Positions 1 through 10,032 of a stretch of DNA of 64,000 nucleotides are shown piece by piece. Location: assembly GCA_963666565.1 (NCBI GenBank), contig OY762911.1, positions 3,968,001 to 4,032,000 of the forward strand, given 5' to 3'. Each line of letters starts with the position of its first letter. Position 1 is the first letter of the stretch. The notes under the pieces were generated by a model that was given only the letters and a program-made list of their open reading frames with translations, did no database searches and was not told the DNA's origin. The stretch comes from Thermoanaerobaculia bacterium. Its GTDB lineage: Bacteria > Acidobacteriota > Thermoanaerobaculia > Multivoradales > Multivoraceae. A program made the translations under genes and the position numbers.

Positions 1-991
1 ACTCGCCGTCGACGACCTCCTCCATGCGCCGGCGCAGCAGGCCGGTGCGGTCGCGGGCGAGCAGCGGATCCCAGTAGGAGCCCCAGATCAGCTTGATCAC
101 GTTCCAGCCGGCGCCCCGGAACACCGCCTCCAGTTCCTGGATGATCTTGCCGTTGCCGCGCACCGGGCCGTCGAGCCGCTGCAGGTTGCAGTTGACGACG
201 AAGATCAGGTTGTCGAGGTTCTCCCGCGAGGCCAGGGAGATGGAACCGAGGGACTCCGGCTCGTCCATCTCGCCGTCGCCCATGAAGGCCCAGACCTTGC
301 GGCCCGCCGTGTCGACCAGGCCGCGGTCGTGCAGGTACTTCATGAACCGGGCCTGGTAGATCGCCATCAGCGGTCCGAGGCCCATCGAGACCGTCGGGTA
401 CTGCCAGAAGCCGGGCATCAGCCACGGGTGCGGGTAGGACGAGAGGCCGCCCGGCCGCGCCTCGCGCCGGAAGCGGAGCAGGTCCTCCTCGGTCAGGCGG
501 CCCTCGAGGAAGGCGCGGGCGTAGATGCCGGGCGAAGAGTGTCCCTGGATCATCACCAGGTCGCCGCCGTGGTCCTCGGACGGGGCGTGGAAGAAGTGGT
601 TGAAGCCCACGTCGTAGAGCGTCGCGGCCGAGGCGAAGGACGCGATGTGCCCGCCCAGTCCCTCGTAGTCGTGGTTCGCGCGGACCACCATCGCCATCGC
701 GTTCCAGCGGACGATGCTGCGAATCCGCCATTCCAGGTCGGCGTCGCCGGGCGACGGTTCCTGCGCCCTCACCGGGATCGTGTTCAGGTACGCCGTGGTC
801 GCCTTGTAGGGCAGGTAGGCGCCGGACCGGCGAGCCTGGTCGACCAGGGCTTCGAGCAGGAAGTGGGCGCGCTCCGGCCCTTCGCGCTGCATCACCGCGT
901 CGAGGGCTTCGAGCCACTCGGCGGTCTCCGCCGGGTCGACGTCTTGGCGGGCCGGGTCCGCCCTGAGCCTGTTGGTGGGATCCATGTCCAT
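1..991 (-). CDS. aceE: Pyruvate dehydrogenase E1 component, homodimeric type (5' part; runs off the window start)
   Basis: Not in the ORF track. Manual translation gives [33 protein letters not shown]..., the TPP-binding motif [16 protein letters not shown], and [22 protein letters not shown]. Confidence 0.95.
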   Translation of the reverse strand, partial: MDMDPTNRLRADPARQDVDPAETAEWLEALDAVMQREGPERAHFLLEALVDQARRSGAYLPYKATTAYLNTIPVRAQEPSPGDADLEWRIRSIVRWNAMAMVVRANHDYEGLGGHIASFASAATLYDVGFNHFFHAPSEDHGGDLVMIQGHSSPGIYARAFLEGRLTEEDLLRFRREARPGGLSSYPHPWLMPGFWQYPTVSMGLGPLMAIYQARFMKYLHDRGLVDTAGRKVWAFMGDGEMDEPESLGSISLASRENLDNLIFVVNCNLQRLDGPVRGNGKIIQELEAVFRGAGWNVIKLIWGSYWDPLLARDRTGLLRRRMEEVVDGE

Positions 992-1092
992 CTCGATGCG
1001 ATCCGAGGCCCTCGGATTCTATTCGCCCGAGCGGGCGCCGGAACGGCGCCGGCCTGACAGCCCGCGCGTCTTTCTGGCCGCCTCCGGCGGCA

Positions 1093-1116
1093 GCGGGTCA
1101 GGAGACCCGCGCACCC
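1093..1116 (-). repeat. REP-like hairpin repeat, copy 1 (similarity to the copy at 29788 extends to about 1045)
   Basis: Reverse complement reads GGGTGC-GCGGGTC-TCCT-GACCCGC followed by TGCCGCCGGAGGCGGCCAGAA, as in the copy at 29788. Confidence 0.85.
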
Positions 1117-1165
1117 GGCAGACGGGCGGTTCCACGCGCGTCAGCGTGGCGGGAGCGGCACGGGC

Positions 1166-3205
<2,040 letters not shown>

Positions 3206-3475
3206 CTGAGCTTCCATGACATAGGCAGCGTCATGGCCGCCAACCGAGCGAACCTCCGCGAACTGACGAACCCCAGGCGTAACCCGAGACCACCTCCCCG
3301 CGTTGCGCCTGCCGCCCACAGATCGGGGCCGCGCCGCTGTAGTACGCTGAGTCAAAGTGGTTGATCCTGCGGGAGCAGATGCAGCAGGATGGGACCCTAA
3401 AGTCACGCTGCGACGGGGCTGACTAGCGCCCGCAGCGACCATGAGAACAAGACCTACCGGGAAGCACTACCGGAA

Positions 3476-4675
3476 ATGAGACGATCCTCACTCCTACTGA
3501 TCCACACTCTTCTCATCGCTTCGGCCCTATCCGGTCAGACGTTCACGGTAGACGGTGCGGGGGCCGGTCCCGTCGAGCTGCCACAGCCCCTGACAGATGG
3601 GCAGTGGTTCGCCGAACTCGAGAGCTTCAATGAGTCGCGCGACCTCTCTCCCTATCTCCCCACTAGCCAACGCTGTTCCGAACCTGAACCACGTTTCGCT
3701 ATCGAGTCGAAGGTCTACAGAGTCACGGAGGGCCTTACTCGGACCGAACACCATCTTGGGGGTGCGTTCACTGTCGGAGTACGGGGATTTCCTGCCGGTT
3801 CAACCCAAGTACAGGTACGGGATTCGCTAACCACCTCGCCCGACCCATCCGCTGACCCGGACTGGCGATGGACTCTCAGATTCACGAAAGACGGCACACC
3901 TAAACCTCCTACGAAGGATGGGGACACGTTCGTGGTTCACGGCAGGGGGTCACCGCTTCAGGTAGCCCTGCCCGTACCACTAACTGAAGGCATGTACCGG
4001 GTAGACCTCCAGACCTACAAGGACGGTCGGCCGTTCGGAGTCTACGTAGCCGGCGGCGACTTCTACTTGAGCTCGGACAGGGTGCAATACTGCCGTGTTG
4101 TACGTGGCATTGACAACCGCGCTCGAATCCACGTCGGCCGCGACGTCGTCGCTGGTGCAGCGTTTCTACTCCCTAGGCAGATTCGACCCGACGTACTATG
4201 GAGCGTCCGCTTCACGAAGGATGGTACGCCGCTACTGCCTGATCCTCCTTCTCCACCGGAGGACTGTCCGAACGACAGCGTCTGCGAAGCGCCGCTCCCG
4301 GAATCTCCAGAACCTCCGCCCTCGGACGACATTTGCCCGGCCACTCGCGCCTGCTTGAACCAAGCGAAGTTCTGGGTAAGCGTGGACTACTACGAGGGTT
4401 ACTGGAAGACGGCCACGGTACTCAAGGAAGCGAACCTCCCGGACACCGCCGCCCTTTTCTGGTTCTACGACCCGAACAACCCTGAGCTTCTAGTCAAGGT
4501 TCTGAACGGCTGCGGAATCAACGGCCACTGGTGGGTATACGGTTCCGCCGCCACTGATAGGGACTATGAAGTAACCGTGCGACGACCAAACCAAACAGGT
4601 CTTCGGTTCCGCCGAATCTCGCCCGCTGTTCCGATAGCCTACACAACAGGAATTCCTTGCCTCAACGAAGAGTAG
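3476..4675 (+). CDS. Exported hypothetical protein with two internal repeats, a Pro-rich linker and a Cys-containing C-terminal domain
   Basis: Signal-peptide-like N-terminus. Repeats TFxVxG..LPxPLTxG ... WxxRFTKDGTP. C-terminal LFWFYDPNNPELLVKVLNGCGINGHWWV. Visibly lower GC than the flanks. Confidence 0.75.
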   Translation: MRRSSLLLIHTLLIASALSGQTFTVDGAGAGPVELPQPLTDGQWFAELESFNESRDLSPYLPTSQRCSEPEPRFAIESKVYRVTEGLTRTEHHLGGAFTVGVRGFPAGSTQVQVRDSLTTSPDPSADPDWRWTLRFTKDGTPKPPTKDGDTFVVHGRGSPLQVALPVPLTEGMYRVDLQTYKDGRPFGVYVAGGDFYLSSDRVQYCRVVRGIDNRARIHVGRDVVAGAAFLLPRQIRPDVLWSVRFTKDGTPLLPDPPSPPEDCPNDSVCEAPLPESPEPPPSDDICPATRACLNQAKFWVSVDYYEGYWKTATVLKEANLPDTAALFWFYDPNNPELLVKVLNGCGINGHWWVYGSAATDRDYEVTVRRPNQTGLRFRRISPAVPIAYTTGIPCLNEE

Positions 4676-4708
4676 AGAGATGTTTGGGCGGGACCTGGCG
4701 TCAAGATC

Positions 4709-5749
4709 ATGTACGAGCACATAACGATTCATCGATTTCGGCTCTTCCGTGACGTCCATGTCGACGGGTTGCGCAGGATCAATCTGCTCACCGGGGCAAA
4801 CAACTCTGGGAAGACAGCTCTTCTGGAGGCACTCCTCCTGCTATCCGGAGGAGCAAACGGCGAACTCCCTCTTCGTCTCAACAGAATCAGAGGTTTGGCG
4901 GCTTCTGGAACGATCCGTCAAGTCGCCAATGCCCTCTTCGGTCCGCTGTTTCCGAAGCTGGATACGGCTGACCCTGTGGTGATCGAAGGTCGCCACTCGG
5001 ACTTCGGGCGCATGAAAGTAACTCTGTCGCTTCGCGACAGTGAAACGACGAGCCTGCCTCTGGAACCGGCGCAGCACGCCGAAGAAGACCTGCAGCACGT
5101 CAGCCTCCACCTTTCATTCGCGCGGGATTCAGCACCGCAACAGGAAGTTGAGGTGAAATGTACTCCCAACGGCTTCGAGATGCAGCCTCCCCCCGCTGAC
5201 GCTCCGCTCCGCTGCAGCATTCTCACCTCGAAGACCGGCAACGCGGAAGAAGACGCAGGCCGCTACAGTCGATTGCGCGTTCGGAAACAGGGAGATGTCC
5301 TGCTCGAGGCCCTCCGGATCATCGAACCCCGACTGGAGCAGATCGAGGTCAACTCAGCGAGCGGGAGGAGCATTCTCTGTGGCGACATCGGCCTGCCTGA
5401 ACTGTTGCCTCTCGGCTTGATGGGCGAGGGCATGTCTAGGGTCGCGCGGCTGATTCTCGCTATCGCGGACTCGCCTGGAGGGGTGGTCCTCGTGGACGAG
5501 ATAGAGAACGGTGTACACCACAGTGTTCTCCCCGGAGTTTGGCGCGCTGTCGACGAAGCCGCAGTGCGAGCAAGAACGCAGGTGTTCGCGACCACCCACA
5601 GCTTCGAGTGCGTACAGGCGGCCTCTGCAATGATCGGCGACGGCCTAGGGCTCTACCGCCTCCAACCAGACGTCGCTTCACGGCCCATCGTCGACTATCC
5701 GACAGAAGCACTGGAAGGCGCCTTGGAAAACGGAATCGAAGTCCGTTGA
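4709..5749 (+). CDS. ABC-type ATPase (AAA_15/AAA_21-like), no transmembrane partner
   Basis: Walker A GANNSGKT, signature-like MGEG, Walker B VVLVDEIENGVH, H-loop ATTHS. Confidence 0.9.
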   Translation: MYEHITIHRFRLFRDVHVDGLRRINLLTGANNSGKTALLEALLLLSGGANGELPLRLNRIRGLAASGTIRQVANALFGPLFPKLDTADPVVIEGRHSDFGRMKVTLSLRDSETTSLPLEPAQHAEEDLQHVSLHLSFARDSAPQQEVEVKCTPNGFEMQPPPADAPLRCSILTSKTGNAEEDAGRYSRLRVRKQGDVLLEALRIIEPRLEQIEVNSASGRSILCGDIGLPELLPLGLMGEGMSRVARLILAIADSPGGVVLVDEIENGVHHSVLPGVWRAVDEAAVRARTQVFATTHSFECVQAASAMIGDGLGLYRLQPDVASRPIVDYPTEALEGALENGIEVR

Positions 5750-6408
5750 GAGAGTCGTCGAATCGCGCGTCGCGTCAGGTTGAGATCCACTCGGAGGCCC
5801 AACTTCTGGTTGAGGGCAAGAGCGACCGAGACTTCGTCGAGACTCTGATCAAGAGACGCTCGCTCGGCACGATTCAGGTCCAAACCTTCGAGGGCGCCAA
5901 CAACTTGAGGAAGTTCCTCGCGGGCTTCGTCCGCAGTCCGAACTTCCACCGCGTGTCCAGCCTGGGCGTCCTGCGAGATGCTGACGACGATCCCGCGGCC
6001 GCGTTCCAGAGTGTCAGCCACGCCATTCAAGACTACGTTGGCAACCCCCCCGCCGAGGCGGGTGTCTTCACCCGAGGCCAAGCGGGAACCGCGACGCCTG
6101 GACTGGGCGTTCTCATCGTGCCGCTAGACGGTCCTGGCATGCTGGAGACCGTTCTCTGCAGGACGTTTGCCGGCCAGCCGATCGCGGCCTGCATCGACGA
6201 CTTCATGGCATGCGCCGTCGACGCTGGAGAGCTGCGCCAAGAGTCGGCCAAGGCGCGCGCGCATGCCTATCTCTCGACCCGGCAACGGCCCGGGCGCGAC
6301 TTCGGACTCGCGGCGCGACAAGGCTACTGGGACCTCGATCACGCCGCCCTGAACCCGATCGCGGACTTCGTACGCGCCATCGCCGAAGGCCGCCCGGCGA
6401 AGGCCTAG
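5746..6408 (+). CDS. DUF3226-like / TOPRIM-like protein
   Basis: TTG start overlaps the ATPase stop (TTGA). Motifs LLVEGKSD, LGVLRDADD, GMLE and KARAHAYL. Confidence 0.78.
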   Translation: MRESSNRASRQVEIHSEAQLLVEGKSDRDFVETLIKRRSLGTIQVQTFEGANNLRKFLAGFVRSPNFHRVSSLGVLRDADDDPAAAFQSVSHAIQDYVGNPPAEAGVFTRGQAGTATPGLGVLIVPLDGPGMLETVLCRTFAGQPIAACIDDFMACAVDAGELRQESAKARAHAYLSTRQRPGRDFGLAARQGYWDLDHAALNPIADFVRAIAEGRPAKA

Positions 6409-6659
6409 ATCCAGCCTTGGTCCTCTGCGCAACGTCGCAGGGCATCCCGCGCAGCATCCGACAGAGCGCGACTCACTCCCAGCTGGCGTGCCCAGCCACC
6501 GTGCTGGCGCAACGTCGTCACATCAGCCAGGAAGGCCGCTTCGGCAGCGCAAGGGAGCGAAGCTGGTTCTTTGGCCGCTGGAGGCTGTGCAAACCCGAAC
6601 CCAGCGGCCAACGCCAAGACGGCGACTCCTGCCAGGTAGAAGAGGCCTCGCATCTTCAT
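6405..6659 (-). CDS. Small exported hypothetical protein (84 aa)
   Basis: GGAGG RBS before the ATG. Signal peptide MKMRGLFYLAGVAVLALAAGFGFA. Two Cys in the mature part. Confidence 0.65.
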   Translation of the reverse strand: MKMRGLFYLAGVAVLALAAGFGFAQPPAAKEPASLPCAAEAAFLADVTTLRQHGGWARQLGVSRALSDAARDALRRCAEDQGWI

Positions 6660-6800
6660 GGCGTGGTCCTCCGCCGGCACGTTGGTTTGCGAGTGGGAGC
6701 GTCGAACAAGCACGAGAATCTCCTTCCGTCTGTGGGCGTTGGCGTGGACGGGGCATCGTACCCGACCGGTTCCCCTTGTCCGCGCTAACATGCGCCGCCG

Positions 6801-7859
6801 ATGACGGAGAGCCGCCAGGAGAAGTTCTCGGGTACGCGGGAGGTCGCGGAGCGCCTCAGCTTCGACCTGGCGCCGCTGCAGCGCTATCTCGAAGAGCATG
6901 TCGAGGGGTTCTCGGGCGACCTGAAGGTCCAGCAGTTCAAGGGTGGCCAGTCCTGCCCCACCTACCTGCTCGAGGCCGGCGGCAAGAGCTACGTGCTGCG
7001 CCGCAAGCCGCCCGGCAAGCTGCTGCCTTCGGCGCACGCCGTGGACCGCGAGTACCGGGTGATGACGGCGCTCCGCGACACGGGCGTCCCGGTGCCGCGC
7101 ACGTACTGCCTGTGCACGGACGAGTCGGTCGTCGGCACGATGTTCTTCGTCATGGAGCACGTCAAGGGCCGGATCCTCTGGGAGGCGCTGCTGCCGGGCA
7201 TGGAACCTGCCCAGCGCTTCGCGATCTACGACGCGATGAACCGGACGCTCGCCAAGCTGCACGCGGTCGACTACGAAGCGGTGGGCCTCTCGACCTACGG
7301 CAAGCCCGGCAACTACTTCGCGCGCCAGATCCACCGCTGGACGAAGCAGTACCTCGCCTCGGAGACCCGGGACATCCCCGCGATGAACGCGCTGATCGAG
7401 TGGCTGCCGGCCAACATCCCGGACGGCGACGAGACGACGATCGTCCACGGCGACTTCCGGCTCGACAACATGATCCTGCACCCGGAACGGGCCGAAGTGA
7501 TCGCGATCCTCGACTGGGAACTGGGCACGCTCGGCCATCCGCTGGCCGACTTCAGCTACCACACGATGCAGTGGGAGATTCCGAAGGAGAAGGGCGGACT
7601 CAAGGGCCGCGACCTGGAGGCGCTCGGCATTCCGACCCTCGAGACCTACCGCGACGCCTACTGCCGCCGGACCGGCCGTGACGGCATCGCGCACTGGAAC
7701 TTCTACCTCGCCTACAACCTCTTCCGCAGCGCCGGCATCGCCCAGGGCATCGCCGGCCGGGTGCGCGACGGCACCGCCGCCAGCGCCCACGCGAAGGAAG
7801 TCGGCGAATCCGTGCCCCGCACAGCGGGTCTGGCCTGGGAAGTCGCTCAGCGGGCCTGA
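6801..7859 (+). CDS. APH-family phosphotransferase (ACAD10/11 kinase-domain-like)
   Basis: QFKGGQS, LRRKPPG..SAHAVDRE, HGDFRLDN, LDWEL. Confidence 0.92.
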   Translation: MTESRQEKFSGTREVAERLSFDLAPLQRYLEEHVEGFSGDLKVQQFKGGQSCPTYLLEAGGKSYVLRRKPPGKLLPSAHAVDREYRVMTALRDTGVPVPRTYCLCTDESVVGTMFFVMEHVKGRILWEALLPGMEPAQRFAIYDAMNRTLAKLHAVDYEAVGLSTYGKPGNYFARQIHRWTKQYLASETRDIPAMNALIEWLPANIPDGDETTIVHGDFRLDNMILHPERAEVIAILDWELGTLGHPLADFSYHTMQWEIPKEKGGLKGRDLEALGIPTLETYRDAYCRRTGRDGIAHWNFYLAYNLFRSAGIAQGIAGRVRDGTAASAHAKEVGESVPRTAGLAWEVAQRA

Positions 7860-7898
7860 ACCCCGAACCCGCTTCCTCCGTAGAAGACAGCGGCCCTC

Positions 7899-9191
7899 AT
7901 GGACTGGACCGCCATTCGCCTGCTCTACCTGAGCGAACTCCGCTCCGCGCTGCGGGAGCGATCCGTCCTCATCAACGGGATCCTGATTCCGCTGCTGATG
8001 TACCCGCTGATGATGTGGGTCATGTTCTCGGCGATCCTGTTCGTGACCGCCCGCACCGAGAGCTTCGCCTCGCGGGTCGAGATCGCGGGCCTGCCGGCCG
8101 AGCACCGCGGCCTGCTCGAGCGGCTGGAAGAAGAGGGCCGAGTCGACGTCGCCGAGGTCGACGCCCTGCCGGCCGCCGCGGCCGCCGCCTACCGCGCCGG
8201 CATCGAGGAACGCCTCCTCGCCGACGACCTCGACGCCGCCCTGATCTTCGAGCCCGCGGCCGCCGGCCCGCCGGGAAACGCCGCCGTCTCGCTCCTGAGC
8301 AACGGATCGAGCGACCAGTCGCAGACCGCGCGCGGGCGCCTGGAGCGGGCGCTCTCCGCCGAACGCTCGGACTGGCTCGACCGGATCGCCAGCCGGCACG
8401 GCCTCGAAGGCGCCGAGTGGCAGGTGTTCGAGGTCGAGTCCGACAACCTGGCCACCGGCATCGAGATGGGCCAGTTCGTGATGGGGATGATGATCCCCCT
8501 GTTCTTCGTCATCATGATCGCGAACGGCTGCCTCTACCCCGCCGTCGACTCGACCGCCGGCGAGCGCGAACGGAACACCTGGGAGACCACCAGCACGCTC
8601 GCCACGCGGCGCATCCACATCGTCGCCGCCAAGTACCTGTACGTCGCCACGATGGGCACCGTCGCCGGCGCGCTGAACGCCGCCGCCATGGTCCTCTCCT
8701 TCCGCACCTTCCTGGCGCCGCTGCTGGCCCGGATGGGCGGCGGCGACGGCAGCGGATTCGCCTTCGAGCTGCCGTTGCGCTCCCTGCCGGTTCTCCTTCT
8801 CACCGCCGTGCTGCTGGGCGCCCTGATCGGCGCCGGGATGATGATCCTCGCGGCCTTCGCCCGCACCTTCAAGGAAGGCCAGTCCACGGTCACGCCGCTC
8901 TACCTGCTCGTCGTCTTCCCTGTCGTCCTCCTGAACGACCCGAGCCTGGAGTTCACGCCGCCGCTCGCGGCCATCCCGGTCGTCAACGTCGTCCTGCTGC
9001 TGCGCCAGGCGATCGCCGGCAACCTGCTCTGGTTGCAGCTCGGCATCACGATGCTCTCGAACGCCGCCGCCATCGCCGGCTGCCTGTGGCTCGCCTCCCG
9101 CGTCCTGCGGGTCGAGGAAGTCGCCACCGGCGCCTTCGAGGGCAACCTGTTCCAGTTCCTGCGCCGGCAGTTCCATCCGAGCGCCCGATGA
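7899..9191 (+). CDS. ABC-2 type transporter permease (NatB-like)
   Basis: Multiple TM segments, AGERERNTWET and ARTFKEGQ. Confidence 0.88.
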   Translation: MDWTAIRLLYLSELRSALRERSVLINGILIPLLMYPLMMWVMFSAILFVTARTESFASRVEIAGLPAEHRGLLERLEEEGRVDVAEVDALPAAAAAAYRAGIEERLLADDLDAALIFEPAAAGPPGNAAVSLLSNGSSDQSQTARGRLERALSAERSDWLDRIASRHGLEGAEWQVFEVESDNLATGIEMGQFVMGMMIPLFFVIMIANGCLYPAVDSTAGERERNTWETTSTLATRRIHIVAAKYLYVATMGTVAGALNAAAMVLSFRTFLAPLLARMGGGDGSGFAFELPLRSLPVLLLTAVLLGALIGAGMMILAAFARTFKEGQSTVTPLYLLVVFPVVLLNDPSLEFTPPLAAIPVVNVVLLLRQAIAGNLLWLQLGITMLSNAAAIAGCLWLASRVLRVEEVATGAFEGNLFQFLRRQFHPSAR

Positions 9192-9261
9192 CGAACGCAC
9201 GGACCGGGACGCACACGGCGCGGACGCGCCATGTGGGTACCAAGCCGGCGGGAGGTAGAGC

Positions 9262-10032
9262 GTGAGCACGATCCAGGTCGAGGTCCAGGACCTCTCCAAG
9301 AGCTTCTTCGACCAGTCGCGGGGCGAGGTCAACGCCGTGCGGAACGTCGACTTCGAGTGCCGGAGCGGCGAGATCTTCGGCCTGCTCGGCGCCAACGGCG
9401 CGGGCAAGACGACGACGCTGCGGATGATCTCCACCGTGCTGCAACCGTCGACCGGCACGGCCCGTGTGCTCGGCCACGACGTCTTGCGCGAGCCCGTGGA
9501 GGTGCGCCGCAACCTCGGCTTCTACTCGGCGAGCACGGCGCTCTATCCGCGGCTCACCGCACGCGAGACGCTGACCCTGTTCGCCCGCGTCAACAAGTAC
9601 CCGGCCGAGCGCACGAAGGACCGCGTCGAGGAGACGATCGAGCGCTTCGGCCTCGGCGACTACGCCGGCGCCAGGATCGAGAAGCTCTCGACCGGCATGA
9701 AGCAGAAAGTCTCGATCGCGCGCACCGTCGTCCACGACCCGCCCGTCCTTATCTTCGACGAGCCGACCGTCGGCCTGGACGTGCTGAACGCGCTCGACCT
9801 CCAGAAGGGCATCCAGGAGCTGCGCGACGACGGCAAGACGATCCTCTTCTCGACCCACATCATGAGCGAGGCCGAGCGCCTCTGCGACCGGATCGCGATC
9901 ATCGACAAGGGCCGGATCCGCGCCTGCGACGGCCTGGAAGGGCTGCGCGCGGCGACCTCGCGGCACTATCTGGAGGACATCTTCGTCCACTACGTCACCG
10001 GCAATGACGACACGGCGGACGAGCCCAAGTGA
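9262..10032 (+). CDS. ABC transporter ATP-binding protein (NatA-like)
   Basis: GANGAGKTT, LSTGMKQK, FDEPTVGLD, STH. Confidence 0.93.
   Translation: MSTIQVEVQDLSKSFFDQSRGEVNAVRNVDFECRSGEIFGLLGANGAGKTTTLRMISTVLQPSTGTARVLGHDVLREPVEVRRNLGFYSASTALYPRLTARETLTLFARVNKYPAERTKDRVEETIERFGLGDYAGARIEKLSTGMKQKVSIARTVVHDPPVLIFDEPTVGLDVLNALDLQKGIQELRDDGKTILFSTHIMSEAERLCDRIAIIDKGRIRACDGLEGLRAATSRHYLEDIFVHYVTGNDDTADEPK

Noticed and set aside
3214-3236. Hairpin CCATGAC/GTCATGG after thiC as an intrinsic terminator
   Set aside because: It has a 7-bp stem, a 9-nt loop and no U-tract, which is insufficient support.
3240-3470. Possible structured ncRNA or small ORF between thiC and the exported protein
   Set aside because: Only short GC-rich stems and a ~43-codon ORF without an RBS; no family I recognise.
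3206-6410. Lower-GC patch as a prophage or integrative element
   Set aside because: No integrase, transposase, tRNA target or flanking direct repeats were found; only the composition differs.
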